From Meyerozyma guilliermondii (taxonomy: Eukaryota), in the NCBI GenBank assembly GCA_051546255.1, contig CP128821.1:744001-808000 (forward strand): 64,000 nucleotides of DNA, given 5' to 3'. Under the pieces are notes generated by a model that worked only from the letters and a program-made list of their open reading frames with translations, ran no database searches and was not told the origin of the DNA. Made by a program: the position numbers and the translations under genes. This document shows positions 42,425 through 55,801 of this stretch, piece by piece (the stretch's first letter is position 1; the number at the start of each line of letters is the position of its first letter).

Positions 42425-43930
42425 ATGGGTACGGCTTGGGAACTCACGGCGGCTTTGCGTGACCAGATACATCGGTATGCTTCATACCGACAGACGTCGG
42501 TATCGTTACGGCAAATGGTCCAATTTGGACCAAGTCCATCTCCAGGACTGATTTTTCTTGCTTCTCAGTTCATCGTGGAGGAATTGCCCATTCGTTTGGC
42601 ACTTAAAGTCAAGGATTTGGAGTCGGCGCCATTTGGTCTTTGCGACATGCCCTCTACACAAAAGGTGAAGAATTGGTACGCTCAATCTTTTGAAGAACTC
42701 ACTACGCTTCCCAAACCCGAGATTTCGCCAGAGTTAGCCAAGTTGTTGAATGGGAATGGAGGATTGGACAAAAGTAGAGTGGTGGATGACGAAACAAACC
42801 ACGAAGATAAAAACTTTCTCAAACAAACCCACAATCCTGCAAACAGCGAACATGTCAATCCGGCCATAAACAACGTTTTCAGTGACGACGGTATCGTTGT
42901 AAGACAGCATTCTAACCCCAGGTCATCGTCCAAACTGCGACTGGAGCTGCCTACATTTGGAAAAATGTACTACACTTCATGTCCCACCAATGTAGTGTGG
43001 CCCAAAGAAGTTTACGATTACAACAAATTGGTCAACGATGCGCTCACCAAAATCAAAAAGCGTCATGATGCTACAGTGGCTACCATGGCTCAAGGTGTAC
43101 AAGAATGGAAACACGAACACAAGACAGTTTCTGTCAATTCGCAAATCCAAACTTTTTTGGACCGATTTTACATGCTGAGGATTGGTATTAGAATGTTAAT
43201 TGGACAACATATCGCCCTCAATATGGCACAAGCGTCACCCACAAAGGCCCGTATTAACAAGGTACTTAACGGGAACACCTCCAAGTCCAAATCCAACTAT
43301 GTGGGTGTGATTTGCACCGATTGCAATGTCGGTGAAATTGCGGAAGATGCAATTGAAACAGCCAAATATATCTGTGAAGAATACTATGGGCTCTTTGAAG
43401 CGCCGGAAATCCAACTCATTGCCCCCAGCAACGATATCTCCTTCATGTACGTTCCGGGCCACTTGATTCATATGTTATTTGAAACACTCAAGAATTCGCT
43501 TCGTGCAACCATTGAGTTCCATATGCCAAGACTCAAGCAGGAATTGATGCTGAAAGACCCTGAGCTTAAGGAGGCAGATATCGATATCAATGATCTCAAG
43601 TTTCCACCCATCAAAGTGATTATTTCTGAGGGAAGTGAAGATATTGCTATCAAGATCAGCGACGAAGGAGGAGGAATTGCTCGCAGCGAAGTGCCATTAA
43701 TTTGGACTTATTTGTATACTACAGTGAGCAAGACTCCCGTGTTGGAACCAGAGTACGATCAGACTTCATTCAAGGCTCCAATGGCCGGTTTTGGTTATGG
43801 ATTGCCAATATCTCGGTTGTACGCTCAGTACTTTGGAGGTGACTTAAAGTTGATTCTGATGGAGGGTTATGGAACCGATGTGTATTTGCATTTGAACCGA
43901 TTAAGCAGCAGCAGCGAGCCTCTTCCATAG
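42425..43930 (+). CDS. PDK2: Pyruvate dehydrogenase kinase / BCKDK family (GHKL fold)
   Basis: VSLRQMVQFG, ELPIRLA, FLDRFYM(S)RIGIRML, FETLKNSLRA, KISDEGGGI, MAGFGYGLPISRLYAQYFGGDL. Confidence 0.9.
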   Translation: MGTAWELTAALRDQIHRYASYRQTSVSLRQMVQFGPSPSPGLIFLASQFIVEELPIRLALKVKDLESAPFGLCDMPSTQKVKNWYAQSFEELTTLPKPEISPELAKLLNGNGGLDKSRVVDDETNHEDKNFLKQTHNPANSEHVNPAINNVFSDDGIVVRQHSNPRSSSKLRLELPTFGKMYYTSCPTNVVWPKEVYDYNKLVNDALTKIKKRHDATVATMAQGVQEWKHEHKTVSVNSQIQTFLDRFYMLRIGIRMLIGQHIALNMAQASPTKARINKVLNGNTSKSKSNYVGVICTDCNVGEIAEDAIETAKYICEEYYGLFEAPEIQLIAPSNDISFMYVPGHLIHMLFETLKNSLRATIEFHMPRLKQELMLKDPELKEADIDINDLKFPPIKVIISEGSEDIAIKISDEGGGIARSEVPLIWTYLYTTVSKTPVLEPEYDQTSFKAPMAGFGYGLPISRLYAQYFGGDLKLILMEGYGTDVYLHLNRLSSSSEPLP

Positions 43931-43976
43931 AAGATAGGGTAGTTAGATTTTAATGGCATTATGATTTGGCTGCAAA

Positions 43977-44051
43977 TGCAAATTGAAAAATTGAAAAATT
44001 GAAAAAATTACAAAAATTACAAAATTACAAAATAGAAAAATAGGAAAAATT
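43977..44051. repeat. A-rich degenerate 8-9-bp microsatellite (AAATTGAA / AAATTACA)
   Basis: aaattgaaaaattgaaaaattgaaaaaattacaaaaattacaaaattacaaaatag, in the 3' flank of PDK. Confidence 0.7.
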
Positions 44052-44290
44052 TCAAAGATACTTATCCGCCAGTCAGACAGAAACAGTTCCTTCCTCACCA
44101 TCTCAACAATATAAACTAAATCATGCTCCTTTCCTCTCGCTCGATTCTCTCGCTACGAGTCCTCGCTTCGATTTTCCTGCATCTTCCTTCTCCACACTTG
44201 GGCCGAGGATTCACGGCTCCCGCCCAAACACCCACCTCGCGCCGCCATGATCATCGCACATTCACAACTCTCAACTAACTCACCACCTAT

Positions 44291-45583
44291 ATGTCTCAGC
44301 CCCGTCCAAAACCGTGGGAGGTTTCTTCTGGGACTTCTGCAGCGGCAGCTGAAAGCACAGGTGTTTCAACTCAAGCATCAACTTTATCGTCAGATCTGAA
44401 TATTCCAACTGCTCCTGAGCGACCAGCGGCACTTTCTTCAGATCTTTCAAATATGTCAAATACAACTCCCTATGGCACAGGAAGCTCAGGTTATGGAGCA
44501 GGAACAGCCGGGTATGGCTCTTCTGGATATGGTAGTACTGGCGGTTATGGTTCAGGATATGGGTCCGGGATGTCTGGATACGGTTCAGGCTATGGATCAA
44601 GCTATGGTTCAGGATATGGTTCTGGGATCGGAGGAGGTTATGGATCGCGGTACGGACTCGGATCTCTGATGTATGGGGGAGGTTTGGGGAGTTATGGCAA
44701 CTATGGTTCGGGAATGTATGGGATGGGAGGATACGGAGGAGGCATGTATGGAATGGGAGGTTATGGTGGAGGAATGTATGGCAATCAACCGGGCGCTGGA
44801 GGCATTGCTGAGGGAACTCAGGCCACTTTCCATCTCATAGAATCAATAATTGGCGCCGTGGGAGGATTTGCACAGATGTTGGAGGCCACTTATATGGCGA
44901 CGCATTCGTCATTTTTCACCATGGTTTCGCTTGCCGAGCAATTTGGCAATCTCAAAAACGCCTTGGGGTCGTTGCTAGGCATTTTCGCCTTGATAAAGTT
45001 CACCAAAAAATTCTTTTACAAGCTAACGGGTCGCAACTATAATCATGGAATTTCCGCCGGCGAGTTCACCAAATTTGAAAAAAATCAAAAACGTTTGGAG
45101 GAAAATCTTCGCCGCAACCAGCTGGGATCCCCACTGCGCATCTCGTTCAAACCTCTCCTCTTGTTCCTCGCGGCATCAATTGGATTTCCATACTTGTTGA
45201 GCAAAGCCATTCAAAAACTTAACGAGCAACAACAACAAAGATTACAAGGACCAGGTGGACCAGGCGCTCCTGGTGTTCCTGGAACTCAACAACCCGGTAT
45301 GCCCGCTCCTAATGGTGTGGAAGCCCCAATGAACCTCCAGTTTGCCAAAGCACTTTATGAGTTCAACCCAGAAAACCCTAATATTGAGATAGAACTCAAA
45401 CCCAATGAATTGGTAGCGATCTTGTCGCAAAAAGACCCTTTGGGCAACGACAGTAAATGGTGGAAAGTCAGATCGAGACTGGGAAAAGTCGGTTATGTTC
45501 CGCTGAACTTTTTGAGTGTGATTGAGCGTAAGGCCATTGCTCCACAGGTGGAGGCAGAGGCTGCGCCAGTCGAAAAGAAGTGA
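44291..45583 (+). CDS. PEX13: Peroxin 13
   Basis: PKPWE N-terminus, YG-rich region, TQATFHLIESIIGAVGGFAQMLEATY, C-terminal SH3 (AKALYEF...WWKVR...GYVP). Confidence 0.96.
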   Translation: MSQPRPKPWEVSSGTSAAAAESTGVSTQASTLSSDLNIPTAPERPAALSSDLSNMSNTTPYGTGSSGYGAGTAGYGSSGYGSTGGYGSGYGSGMSGYGSGYGSSYGSGYGSGIGGGYGSRYGLGSLMYGGGLGSYGNYGSGMYGMGGYGGGMYGMGGYGGGMYGNQPGAGGIAEGTQATFHLIESIIGAVGGFAQMLEATYMATHSSFFTMVSLAEQFGNLKNALGSLLGIFALIKFTKKFFYKLTGRNYNHGISAGEFTKFEKNQKRLEENLRRNQLGSPLRISFKPLLLFLAASIGFPYLLSKAIQKLNEQQQQRLQGPGGPGAPGVPGTQQPGMPAPNGVEAPMNLQFAKALYEFNPENPNIEIELKPNELVAILSQKDPLGNDSKWWKVRSRLGKVGYVPLNFLSVIERKAIAPQVEAEAAPVEKK

Positions 45584-45802
45584 GAAGTAGGAATAAACAG
45601 TAATGCATAAAACGACTAGAGAATGTGAAGTCAAATAGACATTGATTTCTTATACTTACGATACTATTTCTTCACTCAGAATACTTGCAGAGCACTATAC
45701 TCTTACGATAAAAGCTACAACTTCTCGAAAATGATTTTAACTTTCTTCAGTTAATTTCTACAAATGACTTCCACTTTTCTGTCATACGTTTATTCAATGC
45801 AT

Positions 45803-46441
45803 TTATACAGCATCGTCGGGACGATTCTGTTCGGTTTCAACCTTGCTACCCTTGTCCTTCAAGTCCTCGTAACCCTTGTGGTTTTGTCTTATTCTTTCCT
45901 TCTCAGCAGCGTGCTTGGCACTCTCTGATACTTCACCAGCAGCACCCTTAGCCTTGTCAGCAGCATTATCAGCAGTCTCCTTGGCTTTGTCGGCAGCATT
46001 TTCAGCAGCATTCTTGACTTCGCCCTTGCTAGGAATAGCATCTTCAGTCTTTTCAATTCCATCAGCAAGCACTTCTCCGGTCTTCTGGTTGACCTTCTCA
46101 GCAGCACCTTTGGCCTTGTCAGCGGCATTCTCGGCAGCTTCCTTCACCTCACCTTTACCAGGAATAACTTGCTCAGTCTTCTCAATTCCATCAGCAAGAA
46201 CCTCACCAGTTTTTTTGTTAACCTTGTCAGCTGCGTTCTTGACAGTTTCCGTGGTAGGAGTCACCTGCTCAGTCTTTTCAATACCATCGGCAAGAACTTC
46301 TCCAGTTTTTTTGTTGGCTTTATTCAACAAATCTTTGGCGGTATCGATAACCGAGGAGCGGTAAGCAGTGGCTGCGAAAAACCTTTGCGATCTTACCTGA
46401 GTGGCAGCACGAATATTGCGGGATGCGATTTGACGGAACAT
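45803..46441 (-). CDS. LEA-like hydrophilic repeat protein with mitochondrial presequence
   Basis: Arg-rich presequence; three copies of K(A/V)N(K/Q)KTGEVLADGIEKTE plus NAADKAK repeats; ends RPDDAV. Confidence 0.75.
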   Translation of the reverse strand: MFRQIASRNIRAATQVRSQRFFAATAYRSSVIDTAKDLLNKANKKTGEVLADGIEKTEQVTPTTETVKNAADKVNKKTGEVLADGIEKTEQVIPGKGEVKEAAENAADKAKGAAEKVNQKTGEVLADGIEKTEDAIPSKGEVKNAAENAADKAKETADNAADKAKGAAGEVSESAKHAAEKERIRQNHKGYEDLKDKGSKVETEQNRPDDAV

Positions 46442-46943
46442 ATTTCACCAATGAATAATTTTCTATAGTAACGGGCAAAAGAAAGTTTCGGGCCTTTTAT
46501 ACTTGCAGGGCAGCAATGATTGCTGCGGGTGACGATTTACACAGTGGTTGCTGCTGCGGGCACGTGATCATATATGCAGGAAGCCGGGGGGGGGGACATA
46601 TGCACGATGATGAAATCAGAACGGACTTGACAAAAAGAAGTTTTGACTCGAGAAATGGTCAGAAATGAATGAGATCAGGAGATATATTAGATATCAGTTC
46701 CATAAAGTAATTTGAATTTGCTTTACTTATTTCTTTCTTTTCCTTTCATTTCATTCATTTCTGTTTCTTCATTTCCTTCTTTCTTCCTTTTCTTCTCCGT
46801 TTGTTCTATTTGGTTCCTCCACTCTGGTTCTTCCACTCCCGTGTTGGTTCTTCCACTTCCTCCATATTCAGGAACGCAACGCACCCAGCCACCACATCTT
46901 CTGCCGCGTGTTGAAAATCGCGAAAAATTCAAGAACTATCATC

Positions 46944-48656
46944 ATGATTACCACACGTAATGCCCGCGTGGTAGTGTCTGTGGCGACCATCCTTTTGGTT
47001 GTCGTATTCCTTGTGTCGTCGCTGACCAGGATAGGAGATGGTGTGAAAAAGGCTGCCTCAGAAGTTTCTTTTGGAGAGGAAGAAAACACGTTAAAGGGAA
47101 CGCCTTATCAAGGATCTGGACCTCCGTACGCCCAAGAAGACAAAAGCAAGAAGCCCAAAGTCATTGCAGACAAGGTAGGTGGAAGCGAGTTGGAAAAGTC
47201 CCCAGGAAAGGTGGCAAAACCCGAAGTTGGTAAACCTGATGCTGGTAAACCAGAACTCGTAAATCAGCCAGGTAAGGGTTCTGGATCAGGATCAGGATCA
47301 GGATCAGGATCTGGCTCAGGATCTGGTGCTGGTGCCTGTGGAGAAGAGTATGTGGTGATGATCGACGCTGGGTCTACAGGACTGCGTGTGCATATATACC
47401 TGTTTGACACGTGTGTGTCACCACCTCGTCTTCTCAACGAAGACTTCGACATGCTCAAACCAGGACTTTCTAGCTTTGATACCGAGACTGTGAACGCTGC
47501 AAAGTCGCTTGATCCATTGCTCAAATTGGCAGTTGAAAAAGTTCCAAAAGATAAGCAAAGTTGTACACCAGTAGCTGTTAAGGCGACTGCTGGACTTCGT
47601 TTATTGGGAGCGGAAAAATCCACCGCCATTTTGAACGAAGTTCGTAGACACCTTGAGGAGGATTATCCGTTTGCTGTTGTGGAAGGAGACGGTGTTTCCA
47701 TCATGGATGGTAAGGATGAAGGAGTCTATGCTTGGATCTCCACCAATTTCTTGTTGGGCAGAATCGGAGGAAAGGAAAAGCAGGATACCGCTGCCGTGTT
47801 GGAATTGGGCGGTGGCCTGGCACAAATTGTGTTTGAACCCGAGTTCGGCGACAACGAAAAAATGGTGGAAGGTGAACAGAAATACGACTTGGAATTTGGG
47901 GGTCATCATTTCACCTTGTACCAATTCTCGCATCTCGGGTATGGACTCATGGAAGGACGTAACAAGGTCAATGCCTTGGTGGTCAATGCTGCTCTCGCAA
48001 ACAATAAGGAACTTCAAAATTCCAAATTGTCATCCAAGGCTCAAACCAAGGATGCAAAGGCATCTGTCACATTAACCAACCCATGTATTCCTCCCAAAAT
48101 GCAAGCCGATAACGTGGTAGTTCCTGTTGGAGAAGAAGAGTTCTACGTGGTGAATATGAAGGGCCCATCAAAACCTCAGGGTGCTCAATGCCGTTTCCTT
48201 GCCGAGAGTGCACTTAATAAAGATGCCCAATGTGACACCAAACCGTGCTCATTCAATGGAGTTTACCAGCCGTCGTTGGTCAAGACATTGCGCAAAACCA
48301 GTGACATGTATGTTTTCTCGTACTTTTACGAAAAAACGGTTCCTCTCGGATTTCCTCATTCGTTCACTGTGGAGGAATTGACCGACCTTGCCAAGACGGT
48401 TTGTACTGGAGACCCATTGTGGACAGAAGCATTGGCGCCAGGACCCGTGGGAGAACTCACAAAAGAGCCACAGTGGTGCTTGGACATTTCGTTCATTACC
48501 GCATTGTTGCATACTGGCTATGACATCCCATTGTACCGAGAATTGCGAACCGCGGAAAAAATCGACAATAACGAAATTGGATGGTGCCTTGGTGCATCGT
48601 TGCCGTTGTTGGACAAGGCATCTGGAAAATGGACCTGTCGGATCAAACAGGCGTAA
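46944..48656 (+). CDS. GDA1: Golgi guanosine diphosphatase (GDA1/CD39 apyrase)
   Basis: N-terminal TM; IDAGSTG(S)[24 protein letters not shown](S)[10 protein letters not shown]; (GS)n stem linker near 47277-47330. Confidence 0.94.
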   Translation: MITTRNARVVVSVATILLVVVFLVSSLTRIGDGVKKAASEVSFGEEENTLKGTPYQGSGPPYAQEDKSKKPKVIADKVGGSELEKSPGKVAKPEVGKPDAGKPELVNQPGKGSGSGSGSGSGSGSGSGAGACGEEYVVMIDAGSTGLRVHIYLFDTCVSPPRLLNEDFDMLKPGLSSFDTETVNAAKSLDPLLKLAVEKVPKDKQSCTPVAVKATAGLRLLGAEKSTAILNEVRRHLEEDYPFAVVEGDGVSIMDGKDEGVYAWISTNFLLGRIGGKEKQDTAAVLELGGGLAQIVFEPEFGDNEKMVEGEQKYDLEFGGHHFTLYQFSHLGYGLMEGRNKVNALVVNAALANNKELQNSKLSSKAQTKDAKASVTLTNPCIPPKMQADNVVVPVGEEEFYVVNMKGPSKPQGAQCRFLAESALNKDAQCDTKPCSFNGVYQPSLVKTLRKTSDMYVFSYFYEKTVPLGFPHSFTVEELTDLAKTVCTGDPLWTEALAPGPVGELTKEPQWCLDISFITALLHTGYDIPLYRELRTAEKIDNNEIGWCLGASLPLLDKASGKWTCRIKQA

Positions 48657-49266
48657 CTACATAGCAATGAACGTACAATGAGCAATCAAAAGTAGGCATA
48701 TTCTGCGAATGGCTGCGAAAAGTGCAAATAGGGGAAAAGTCAGCTCACATAAATCGATTCAATTTCCGAAAGGTATATTAGTTCAAATCAGTACAGAATC
48801 GGGGCAAAACCACAAAATAGAAGAAATTTATCCAAAAGTAGACCAGTTGCAGTGTTCTTTAATTCATTCGCGCAGATTCCATTTGGGACTTGTACGAAGA
48901 GTTATAAATTGCAGCACTTTTCCGAACGGAAAATTAGTGTCGGTAGTCAATGAGAGGTGTCCAGACACAGTTTAGCATCCTTATAATGTTAATTTTGGTT
49001 TAAATACCAAAAACTGTTTTATTCACTTGACTAGGCAGAAGAAGAAAGAACAAAAAAGAACCAAAAATTTTCGAAACCAAAAAGTCTCAGAGTTTGTCCA
49101 AATAACTAACAATCAACTTTCAACTTCAATCTTCAATTTCATCTTCATTATCATTTTCATTATCATTTTCAATTCATCTTCAACTTCTCTTCACTCCACC
49201 TGCCGCTGCGCCGTTCCTGCACGCAGCCCAGTTGGCCGAACCCCGAATTTCTTCCTATCCACCACC

Positions 49267-50775
49267 ATGAACCCACAAAGTATTCCTCCCAGAAGGGTAT
49301 CCGGGTCCATTATGGCCAATTCACACGCTGCTAGTCCGTCTCCTATAGTATCACCCACAGCAGCAAGACCAATAGACACAGAAGCTTCGTTTTCTCCCCA
49401 CGGAACCATATCGCCACTAACCAGTCTGAGTCCCGTTTCGGCACCACCGATGATACATAACAAATTGTACTGTGAACAGGCTCGGAGCAAGCCGAAAAAG
49501 GCTTCAGCAACCCTCAAACTAAGTGATCCAGAACTCAAGACCGTCAGGTCACATGCAGAGTTGGCCCAGACCGCCAATGGGGTTCGAATGTTGGCCAAAA
49601 ATCTTACCCGGGCCACGATTCAGCTTGATGTGAGGTCGATTATGATTGTGACAAAGGCGAAGGACAATCTGCTTGTGGTTTTGACCCGGGAGCTCGTGGA
49701 ATGGCTTCTTGGTCAGTCTCGAGATATCGCGGTTTATGTCGACAAGGGACTCGAAAAACTGAAACGGTTCAACGCCAGGGAGATTTTCGAGTCTCTGGAA
49801 AAGGCGCAGCGAAATTTAAGGTTCTGGGACAAGCAATTTGCCATGCGGAACCCGGAAATCTTTGATCTTGTGCTCACGTTGGGCGGCGATGGAACCGTGC
49901 TCTACGTGCTGAATTTGTTCCAGCGGATCGTACCGCCGGTGATATCGTTTGCGCTAGGATCCCTTGGGTTTTTAACCAATTTCCAGTTCGAAGAGTTCCC
50001 AAAACACATGGTCAAGGTGCTCGAACGAGGCGTGCGGGCAAACTTGCGTATGCGCTTCACTTGTAGGGTTCACCATGCGGACGGCAGACTCGTCAGTGAG
50101 CAACAAGTACTCAACGAGCTCGTGGTGGATAGAGGCCCTTCGCCATATGTGACACAATTGGAGCTCTACGGCGACGGCTCGCTTCTCACTGTGGCCCAAG
50201 CCGATGGCCTAATTATAGCCACGCCCACAGGATCCACAGCCTATTCGCTTTCTGCTGGTGGTCTGTTGGTGCACCCAGGCGTAAGTGCCATTTCAGTGAC
50301 TCCAATCTGTCCCCACACACTTTCTTTTCGGCCAATTCTTTTGCCCGACGGCATGGTACTCAAGGTCAGAGTTCCGCTTACGAGCCGACTGACGGCGTGG
50401 GCATCCTTTGACGGCAAAGAAAGATTAGAATTAAAGAGAGGAGACTACGTTACTATCAGAGCTAGTCCATATCCATTTCCTACCGTGATTCTGTCCAAAA
50501 CAGAATATATCGACAGTGTGAGCCGAAATCTTCACTGGAACGTCCGCGACCTGCAAAAACCATTTACTCACCTCCTCAGCGCGAAGAACAAGCAATTGTT
50601 CGAGGGAGGACATGGCGATGCTCAATTCGATATCGACTACAGTGATGAAAACGACGACGAATTGGGAACTGCAGACACAGAAATTACAGGAAGCGAACCC
50701 AGCGAAGTAGAGTACGATGATGATAGACCATGCTTTGCTCATCCAAATGCCAAAATCACTCTCGACCACCAGTAA
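49267..50775 (+). CDS. UTR1: NAD+/NADH kinase (Utr1/Yef1)
   Basis: LGGDGT, LGSLGFLT, LNE, DGLIIATPTGSTAYSLSAGG; ATG at 49267. Confidence 0.92.
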   Translation: MNPQSIPPRRVSGSIMANSHAASPSPIVSPTAARPIDTEASFSPHGTISPLTSLSPVSAPPMIHNKLYCEQARSKPKKASATLKLSDPELKTVRSHAELAQTANGVRMLAKNLTRATIQLDVRSIMIVTKAKDNLLVVLTRELVEWLLGQSRDIAVYVDKGLEKLKRFNAREIFESLEKAQRNLRFWDKQFAMRNPEIFDLVLTLGGDGTVLYVLNLFQRIVPPVISFALGSLGFLTNFQFEEFPKHMVKVLERGVRANLRMRFTCRVHHADGRLVSEQQVLNELVVDRGPSPYVTQLELYGDGSLLTVAQADGLIIATPTGSTAYSLSAGGLLVHPGVSAISVTPICPHTLSFRPILLPDGMVLKVRVPLTSRLTAWASFDGKERLELKRGDYVTIRASPYPFPTVILSKTEYIDSVSRNLHWNVRDLQKPFTHLLSAKNKQLFEGGHGDAQFDIDYSDENDDELGTADTEITGSEPSEVEYDDDRPCFAHPNAKITLDHQ

Positions 50776-50879
50776 AACTATACAATGGTGTCTTGTTCAC
50801 AGGGTCCTCTGGTGCATCGGGTGCGGCGTTTTCGCAACCTTTCTTTTTATGCTGAAATCCCAATCTCTGGTGTACGGGT

Positions 50880-53030
<2,151 letters not shown>

Positions 53031-53495
53031 GAATGTTAGCGTTCTAGTTTGCGTTGTCGTGCTATATTTGTTGCATTGTTTTGGCTGCTTGGTGTGCATG
53101 ATGTCTATTATTGGGGAGAAGAAAAGAAAGAAGTGGAGGGGCGAAGTCGGAATAAGCTTCGTCCATGATTTGTTGTGCATTGCTAGTAATGCTTTTGGTT
53201 GCGGTTTTTCTTATAGATGATTGATTTTAGGGAGTTTGGTTGTTAACGTTGCATTTCTTGGATCCTATCGAATTCCTAATCATCAAGAAAGAGAAATGAA
53301 TGATTATCAAGGGCATGATTGTACTATATTATAGAATGGTGGGTTTGAATCTTTTTTTCTACGCCTGGGGTTCAAAAATTATTTACTTAGACATTGGGAA
53401 TACATTGAGCATAGATAAGATGTAGCGCATATTTTTGGGGCGGTAATTCTTGTACATAAATTCAGTGCGCTCGCTCATTTCTTCAACACTATGGT

Positions 53496-54614
53496 ATGAA
53501 GCAAAAACAGGTCAAAATAGCAGTTGTCGTTTTAGCTGTTTTTTATTTGCTCTATACGTTCCACACGTCATTCACGACTCCAAAGCATTCAGCAGCAACA
53601 GAATTCCACTCCAACACCGCAAAAAAGTTGCGTGAACATGAACGACATACCAACTGGAAACTCTATGGATTTCAATTTAGTCCCAATAATCGGGCCCAAC
53701 TCCCCAAAATAACTACTGTGAGGCAGCAGTTGGCGTTCCAGTTCCCTTACGAGCCGGAAAAACCATTCGAAAGAAATATTTGGCAAACTTGGAAAGTTGA
53801 TCTCGAACTGGAAAATTTCCCTTCAAAGTACCGCAAGTTTCAACAAACATGGCTGGATGTGAATCCAACATACAAGTACCACGTTATTCCCGACGAAGCA
53901 TGCGAAGAGCTCGTCAATCAGCTTTTTTCCGTAGTTCCTGATGTTGCTCGTGCCTACAATATCATGCCGAAATCAATCTTGAAGGCTGATTTTTTCCGCT
54001 ATCTCATTCTTTTTGCTCGAGGAGGAGTGTACTCCGACATAGATACTGTCAGTCTTAAGCCCATTGATGTGTGGATGTCGGCAAATGAAACATTGTATGG
54101 CCAGCCCAACAACCCCGGCTTGGTTGTGGGCATCGAAGCGGATCCAGATCGAGACGACTGGGCTGATTGGTATGCTAGGAGGATCCAGTTTTGTCAGTGG
54201 ACCATCCAGGCCAAAAAGGGCCACCCAATGTTGAGAGAAATTGTAGCATTGATTACAGAAATTACTCTTGAAAGAGAGAAGAAAAATCAACTTCACAAGG
54301 TTCTAGGCAAAGACGAGGGAGGAGATGTTATGGTGTGGACCGGACCAGGAATATGGACCGATTCTGTGTTTGCATATATGAACAATGCTCTTCAATCGCC
54401 TGAGAATTTTGCTGCGAAGAAACACGATGAAATAGTCACTTGGAAAACTTTTACTGGTATGAAAATGCCAATTGCTATTGACGATGTGCTTGTGCTCCCT
54501 ATCACCTCTTTTAGTCCTGATGTCAACCAAATGGGAGCCAAAAGTCTGAAAGATCCAATGGCGTATGCCAAGCATATGTTTGCAGGCTCGTGGAAACCGG
54601 AAGACGAGAGATAA
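53496..54614 (+). CDS. OCH1: Alpha-1,6-mannosyltransferase Och1 (GT32)
   Basis: N-terminal TM; QLAFQFPY, IWQTWK, ILKADFFRYLILFARGGVYSDID, GIEADPDR.DW..WYARRIQFCQW. Confidence 0.93.
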   Translation: MKQKQVKIAVVVLAVFYLLYTFHTSFTTPKHSAATEFHSNTAKKLREHERHTNWKLYGFQFSPNNRAQLPKITTVRQQLAFQFPYEPEKPFERNIWQTWKVDLELENFPSKYRKFQQTWLDVNPTYKYHVIPDEACEELVNQLFSVVPDVARAYNIMPKSILKADFFRYLILFARGGVYSDIDTVSLKPIDVWMSANETLYGQPNNPGLVVGIEADPDRDDWADWYARRIQFCQWTIQAKKGHPMLREIVALITEITLEREKKNQLHKVLGKDEGGDVMVWTGPGIWTDSVFAYMNNALQSPENFAAKKHDEIVTWKTFTGMKMPIAIDDVLVLPITSFSPDVNQMGAKSLKDPMAYAKHMFAGSWKPEDER

Positions 54615-54677
54615 GAAAGAATGGAAACCATTATTGCAACAACCCAAGGCTACAAACAAAAAAACAGTTGCGTGGAA

Positions 54678-54780
54678 TAGCTACTTTAATCACTAGCTAC
54701 TCTACACTAGCTAATCTACACTAGCTACTCTATCTACACTAGCTACTTTAAACAACTAGCTACTCTATCTACAACTACTC
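54678..54780. repeat. Degenerate minisatellite (CACTAGCTACT..., about 6 copies of 13-18 bp)
   Basis: cactagctactctacactagctaatctacactagctactctatctacactagctactttaaacaactagctactctatct. Confidence 0.75.
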
Positions 54781-54995
54781 CAATTACATAATCTGCTACT
54801 GACACTGCTACTCCTATCCACTTATTTCTTATCAGCTGACCCTGCTCAGCTATTCTTGCTGCACTTCCTATTATTGCTCTTCACTTTTCGCAGCCGCATC
54901 GCGCGATCATCTCTACTCCGCAATCACCCCACACCCTCCGTGCAGGCTACAGCAAAACTCCGTGATATATAAGGTTTTAGTTTGCCACTGTCTAC

Positions 54996-55691
54996 ATGCA
55001 AAAACTAGCTCTTGTTATTGTCGATCTCCAGAACGACTTTCTTCCTCCACATGGTTCGTTGGCTGTACCGGGAGGCAATGAAATTATCAACAACATCATC
55101 AACTTGTTGGATCCTCACAAGTACAGGTTTCTGGCAGTTATAGCAACTCAGGATTGGCATCCTTCTGACCACTGCTCATTTGCTTCTCAACATGGTTCGG
55201 AGCCCTACACATCCAAGGTGTTTGAGCATCCAGAAAACAAGAAAGATCAACATGGAAAAACCATCACCTTGAACCAGACGCTCTGGCCGGATCATTGTAT
55301 TCAGAATACAGAAGGAGCTGAGCTCGAGCTGGAGTTTGAGAAGGTTTTCAACAAGCTAGAGGTGCCACATACCATCATCAAAAAAGGATACCTTAAAGAC
55401 CGAGAATACTATTCCTGTTTTGGTGATTGCTGGGACCTCCATCATACTGAAATCAACCAATACTTGAAAGATAATGGCATAACTGATGTTGTATTCGCAG
55501 GGCTTGCGTACGATTACTGTGTCCTCCAGTCTGCCATAGATAGCGTCAAGAAAGGATACAAAACATATGTGGTGAAAGAGGCTTGTAAAAATGTATACCC
55601 GCAAAAAATGCCTTTAACAGATAACATTTACCGGTCCCACGGCATCACCGTTACACATGTGAACGACTTTTTCCTTACAAAGTTTCAGTGA
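54996..55691 (+). CDS. PNC1: Nicotinamidase
   Basis: VDLQNDF..GSLAV, TQDWHP, WPDHC, KKG....EYYS, GLAYDYCV. Confidence 0.95.
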   Translation: MQKLALVIVDLQNDFLPPHGSLAVPGGNEIINNIINLLDPHKYRFLAVIATQDWHPSDHCSFASQHGSEPYTSKVFEHPENKKDQHGKTITLNQTLWPDHCIQNTEGAELELEFEKVFNKLEVPHTIIKKGYLKDREYYSCFGDCWDLHHTEINQYLKDNGITDVVFAGLAYDYCVLQSAIDSVKKGYKTYVVKEACKNVYPQKMPLTDNIYRSHGITVTHVNDFFLTKFQ

Positions 55692-55801
55692 CAAATAGTT
55701 ACTAGTAACCATGAAGTGTATACTGAATCCTACTCACTCACTCCATGATTAATTCTACTCTTTATTTCTCTGCTCGCATTCTACGAATGTTCGGCTCCAT
55801 C

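Noticed and set aside
49027..49266. N-terminal extensions in the ORF track from TTG/GTG starts (UTR1; also DED1, ENP2, SHM1, OSM2, CUP2)
   Set aside because: Bacterial-style start calls; homology begins at the downstream ATG and the extensions are low-complexity UTR sequence.
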